A stretch of 64,000 nt of DNA from contig CBDFJF010000002.1 of the NCBI GenBank assembly GCA_965248265.1, positions 608,001 through 672,000 of the forward strand. Reading direction: 5' to 3'. Below the pieces are notes generated by a model. It had not been told where the DNA came from. It did not search any database and saw only the letters and a program-made list of their open reading frames with translations. The translations under genes were made by a program, and so were the position numbers. Shown here piece by piece: positions 60,562-64,000 of this stretch (the first letter of the stretch is position 1; each line of letters opens with the position of its first letter). This stretch comes from Candidatus Latescibacterota bacterium (lineage in GTDB: Bacteria > Latescibacterota > UBA2968 > UBA8231).

Positions 60562-61251
60562 TCACCCACCCCGTTTTCTGGCCAGGGCGACCACGCGCTC
60601 GATCTGGCCCTCAAGCGTCAACCCGGTCGTGTCCAGCACCACCACTTCACGGCCATCGATCTCGCCCCCATAGTCGCGTTCCTGGTCCTGCCGGTCGCGC
60701 TCCTCGATGTCAGCCCGGACCCCCGATGGGGTTACATCCGCACCCTTGGCCACCAGTTCAGCGTGCCGTCGCCGGGTGCGTTCCTCGAGGTCGGCTGTCA
60801 TGTAGATCTTGAGGTCCGCATCCGGAAAGATCACCGCGCCGACATCCCGTCCATCCGCCACGACGCCACCAGCAGCGCCCAACTGGCGTTGACGCTGCAC
60901 CAGGGCCTTCCGCACGAGCGCAACGTCGGCGTAGTCACCGACGCGACGTGATACGGCGGGGTCACGAATGCGCTCGGTGACGTCCTCGCCATCGAGATAA
61001 ACCCGGCAGACACCACACTCCAATTCCAGCCTGAGCGCCAATTCATCCAACAACTGCGCCAGCGCTTCACTCTGATTGGGCTGGATGTCCCGTCTGGTCG
61101 CTGCCAGAGCAAAAGCCCGGTACATCGACCCCGTGTCGAGATGGCGATAGCCGAGGGTTCGGGCGGCGCCCCGGGCGGTCGCGGACTTGCCGGCTCCGAC
61201 GACTCCGTCGATGGCGATAACGAGCTTTCTCGACCCCGGATTCAACGCCAT
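60562..61251 (-). CDS. cmk: Cytidylate kinase
   Basis: IAIDG..GAGKS, LDTGSMYRA, DGRDVG..FPDA.LK and RDRQD. Confidence 0.95.
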   Translation of the reverse strand: MALNPGSRKLVIAIDGVVGAGKSATARGAARTLGYRHLDTGSMYRAFALAATRRDIQPNQSEALAQLLDELALRLELECGVCRVYLDGEDVTERIRDPAVSRRVGDYADVALVRKALVQRQRQLGAAGGVVADGRDVGAVIFPDADLKIYMTADLEERTRRRHAELVAKGADVTPSGVRADIEERDRQDQERDYGGEIDGREVVVLDTTGLTLEGQIERVVALARKRGG

Positions 61252-61254
61252 CCT

Positions 61255-62007
61255 TTACCTGCTCAGCTTCGCCAGTGCCAGCAAACCGGCTATCTCTGAC
61301 GCCTTCAATCGCCTGCTTTCTCCGAGCCGAAGCCGGTCACTGGTGAGTCCCGCAAACTCGATGCGGTGCAGTGACTTGACAGGATGACCGACAGCCTGGC
61401 ACATGCGCTTTACCTGGCGCTTACGGCCTTCCCGAATACGGATTTGCAGAACCGGGCGAGTATCAACTTCCGCGGACGACAACAGCTGGGCCTCTGCGGG
61501 AGCTGTCATTCCGTCTTCCAATTCGACTCCCCGGCGCAGGCGGCGCAGCGAGGCCTGGGAGGGAAAACCTTTGACATCGGCTTCGTAGACCTTGGCGATG
61601 CCATAACGCGGGTGCATGAGCCGGTAGGCCAACTCTCCATCATCCGTCAATAGCAGCACCCCGGTGGTATCGCGATCCAGCCGACCCACTGCAACGGTCC
61701 CCGGACGAAGGTTGGGCGTATGCTCGAAGATGTTGGCGCGACCGCGCTCGTCGGAGCGGGTTACCAATAGTCCAGTGGGTTTGTTCAGCAGAACGTATTG
61801 GAAGGATTCGGGGAGATGAGTCGCACGGCCGCGGACTTCGATCAGGTCGTTGTGGGGATCTACGACGACGCCGGGAGTATCGACGGTCTCGCCGTTGACG
61901 CGGACGACACCGGAGGCGATGAGGTCATCGCTCTTGCGTCGCGAGGCAATTCCGGCCCGAGCCAGGAATCGATTGAGCCTGATTTTCTCTGAGGCCTCGG
62001 ACGGCAA
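61255..62007 (-). CDS. rluB: rRNA pseudouridine synthase (RsuA/RluB family)
   Basis: S4 domain RLNRFLARAGIASRR, LNKP, GRLDRDTTG and EGRKRQV; located after scpB. Confidence 0.88.
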   Translation of the reverse strand: MPSEASEKIRLNRFLARAGIASRRKSDDLIASGVVRVNGETVDTPGVVVDPHNDLIEVRGRATHLPESFQYVLLNKPTGLLVTRSDERGRANIFEHTPNLRPGTVAVGRLDRDTTGVLLLTDDGELAYRLMHPRYGIAKVYEADVKGFPSQASLRRLRRGVELEDGMTAPAEAQLLSSAEVDTRPVLQIRIREGRKRQVKRMCQAVGHPVKSLHRIEFAGLTSDRLRLGESRRLKASEIAGLLALAKLSR

Positions 62008-62026
62008 GAGTGCACCCCCTCAAGTC

Positions 62027-62752
62027 TCAGGCGGAGGGACCGGTTACTTCGTCCTCTTCCGTGCCGGTGCTCGCACTCAGTTCGTCAGCCTTCTCGGAAT
62101 CCTCCGCCTCCGGCCCGTCATCGGCTTGCGGCACGTCGCCATCGGCTTGCGGCACGTCGTCCGGCACAACAGCATCCCCTGCCGACAGATCAAGCGCTTT
62201 TTGCTGGCCCTCCGCGAGCAACTCTTCAAGCTCCCTCGGCTTGGGCAAGTCGGCCAGGCTCTTGAGTCCGAAGTGGGTCATGAATTCCTTAGTCGTGCCG
62301 AACAGCATTGGTCTGCCCAACCCTTCGGAGCGCCCGACGATTCGAATAAGATTGAGCTCCAATAAATGGCGCACAACGCCAGCCGAATCCACACCGCGGA
62401 TGCTGTCAATCTCAACGCGGGTCACGGGTTGTTTGAAGGCGATGACGGCCAACGTTTCAAGGGCGGCTTGTGACAGTCGGACCTGGCCGCGGTCGTGCAG
62501 TTTTCGCACCCAGGGTCCGAATTCTTTTCGCGTGGCCAGCTGATAACCGCCAGCCACCTCGCGAATGGTCATCGCGTGCCCACCGCGATCATAGCGATCG
62601 TTGAGGTCATCGATCGCCTGTCGAATGTCCTTGCCGTTTAGCCCTTTGAGAACTCCCAACAAGCGACCTGGAGAAACCGGCTCTTCTGCCGTTACCAGAA
62701 TAGCCTCCACGATACTGCGGACTTCGTCCGGGTTACGATCCGCTGGTTTCAT
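62027..62752 (-). CDS. scpB: SMC-Scp complex subunit ScpB
   Basis: VEAIL, AGGYQLAT, LSQAALETLAVIAFKQPVTR, IRGV, GRPMLFGTT and FGLKSL.DLP. Confidence 0.96.
   Translation of the reverse strand: MKPADRNPDEVRSIVEAILVTAEEPVSPGRLLGVLKGLNGKDIRQAIDDLNDRYDRGGHAMTIREVAGGYQLATRKEFGPWVRKLHDRGQVRLSQAALETLAVIAFKQPVTRVEIDSIRGVDSAGVVRHLLELNLIRIVGRSEGLGRPMLFGTTKEFMTHFGLKSLADLPKPRELEELLAEGQQKALDLSAGDAVVPDDVPQADGDVPQADDGPEAEDSEKADELSASTGTEEDEVTGPSA
62119..62159. repeat. 21-bp tandem duplication in the scpB C-terminal tail (DVPQAD x2)
   Basis: CATCGGCTTGCGGCACGTCG at 62119 and 62140. Confidence 0.8.
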
Positions 62753-63611
62753 GACCACCGTTCGTGCTGGGTAGGATCGAGGCATTGTCTGTTGGGCGGC
62801 GGTCCGCATCCGCCACCTTCTCGATCCAGATGTCGTCAAATGGCCGTGCCTGCTGCACCTTGATACGCTGCGATTTGAGTAGCTCGAGGATGCTGATGAA
62901 GGTAGCCACCACAACCTGCTTACTCCCACCTTCCACCAGCTCGAAGAATCTGAGCCGGCTACGGCGTTCGAGTTCGCCCAGTACCCGGTCGATGCATTCT
63001 TCGATCGAAACCTGTTCCTCGACGATGCGATGGACAAGGGAAGAGGGCACGTGGTCGATGACATGCTTGTAGACCTTCAGCAAGTCAAATAGTGATACCG
63101 GCCTGACACCCCTTGAGTCCTCGTCCGCTACCTGGCCGCTTCGAGGATAGACGTCGCGGTACTCCAATCCCTGTTCGGAGAGCCAATCGGCAACCTCCTT
63201 GAACTGCTGGTACTCGAGAAGGCGGCGGACGAGCTCTTCCCTCGGATCCTCGCCTCCTTCTTCTTCGCCTGGCTGAATCTGTCTGGGCAACAGCATCTGC
63301 GACTTGATCTTCATCAACGTCGCTGCCAACAGGATGAAGTCGGCGGCCTGCTCCAGGTCCCGCAACTGTCCCTGACCGAGAAACGAGAGGTACTGCGCCG
63401 TGATCGTGGCGATGGGGATGTCGTAGATGTCTACTTCATTCTTGCGGATGAGATAGAGCAGCAGGTCGAGCGGACCTTCAAAGACGTCGAGTTTGACGCC
63501 GTGTGTGATCGGTATCGGCGCGTCGGTGTTCTGCCCGTCGCTCTGGCTGTCTGTTCCGATCTCTGAATTCACGCGGTTGGCAAGGGTGAGGGAAGGGATG
63601 AACAGGGTCAA
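62733..63611 (-). CDS. scpA: Segregation/condensation protein ScpA
   Basis: FEGPLDLLLYLI, IKSQMLLP, DPREELVRRLLEY and TFISILEL; start uncertain. Confidence 0.95.
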   Translation of the reverse strand: MTLFIPSLTLANRVNSEIGTDSQSDGQNTDAPIPITHGVKLDVFEGPLDLLLYLIRKNEVDIYDIPIATITAQYLSFLGQGQLRDLEQAADFILLAATLMKIKSQMLLPRQIQPGEEEGGEDPREELVRRLLEYQQFKEVADWLSEQGLEYRDVYPRSGQVADEDSRGVRPVSLFDLLKVYKHVIDHVPSSLVHRIVEEQVSIEECIDRVLGELERRSRLRFFELVEGGSKQVVVATFISILELLKSQRIKVQQARPFDDIWIEKVADADRRPTDNASILPSTNGGHETSGS

Positions 63612-63998
63612 TTAATCGGCGAACAGGTATGGTTTCCAGCGGCTGTCGCTGACACCGATGAAATTGCGAATGAAGCTGACATTGTTGGGTCTTCGCGGCT
63701 TCCGAATCAGGCTGAGCCCTACCTGATCCAGGCGCCGATCACCCTTCTTGGCATTGCATCCCGTGCAGGCAGCCACCAGATTTTCCCACGTTTCGGGCCC
63801 GTCGAACTTGCGCGGAATCACGTGGTCAATCGTCATCTTCCGTTCGGCTTTGCCACAGTACTGACACTGATGGTTGTCTCTCTTGAGGACGTTGCGCTTG
63901 GATAGCACCACCCGTCGACGCGGTGCGTTCACGTAACGATCCAGTCGGACGACGCTTGGGGCCGGGAAATTCTGCGCCACGGTCCGTACGACCTCATC
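63612..63998 (-). CDS. HNH endonuclease (McrA-like), 5' partial
   Basis: PSVVRL, RNVLKRD, CQYCG, TIDHVIP and WENLVAAC..CNAKKG. Confidence 0.9.
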   Translation of the reverse strand, partial: DEVVRTVAQNFPAPSVVRLDRYVNAPRRRVVLSKRNVLKRDNHQCQYCGKAERKMTIDHVIPRKFDGPETWENLVAACTGCNAKKGDRRLDQVGLSLIRKPRRPNNVSFIRNFIGVSDSRWKPYLFAD

Positions 63999-64000
63999 GG

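Noticed and set aside
62027-63998. HNH plus ScpAB as a Wadjet/MksBEFG defence system
   Set aside because: These are canonical ScpA and ScpB in a housekeeping context, with no adjacent SMC-like JetC or Toprim JetD.

Overview
A 64 kb, gene-dense, roughly 60% GC bacterial chromosome segment, mostly core genome. The PorZ-like protein, FCB-type LptD, TonB-dependent receptor and MoxR/DUF58/DUF4159/DUF4175 cluster suggest a diderm FCB-group lineage such as Latescibacterota; this taxonomy is inference. Contents from left to right: (1) CBM9-like protein, TonB-dependent receptor, acetamidase and CstA (+). (2) Divergent glutaminyl cyclase and M20 peptidase. (3) purL-GNAT-Gfo/Idh/MocA-AKR (-). (4) sucA-sucB-lpdA-pncA-pncB-PLP aminotransferase-nadE-LigC-like (+). 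(5) S41 peptidase and sufB-C-D-S-U-T-Rrf2 (-). (6) A long minus-strand run: rlmB, lptD, dtd, maf, rodZ-like, priA, porZ-like, DUF4159, DUF4175, TPR, exported GATase-like protein, MoxR, DUF58. (7) HNH, scpA, scpB, rluB, cmk, rpsA, mutS and an orphan FliG-N protein (-). I saw no tRNA, rRNA, CRISPR array, transposase or prophage. The most interesting signals are: a 207-bp highly self-complementary element between sufB and sufC; a three-way-junction element upstream of sucA with a partial copy upstream of the TonB-dependent receptor; apparent leaderless promoters; a translationally coupled envelope cluster containing a secreted Cys-His-Glu GATase-like enzyme; a stand-alone FliG-N protein; and in-frame tandem repeats in RlmB and a Gfo/Idh/MocA protein. 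All family calls come from motif recognition, not database searches.
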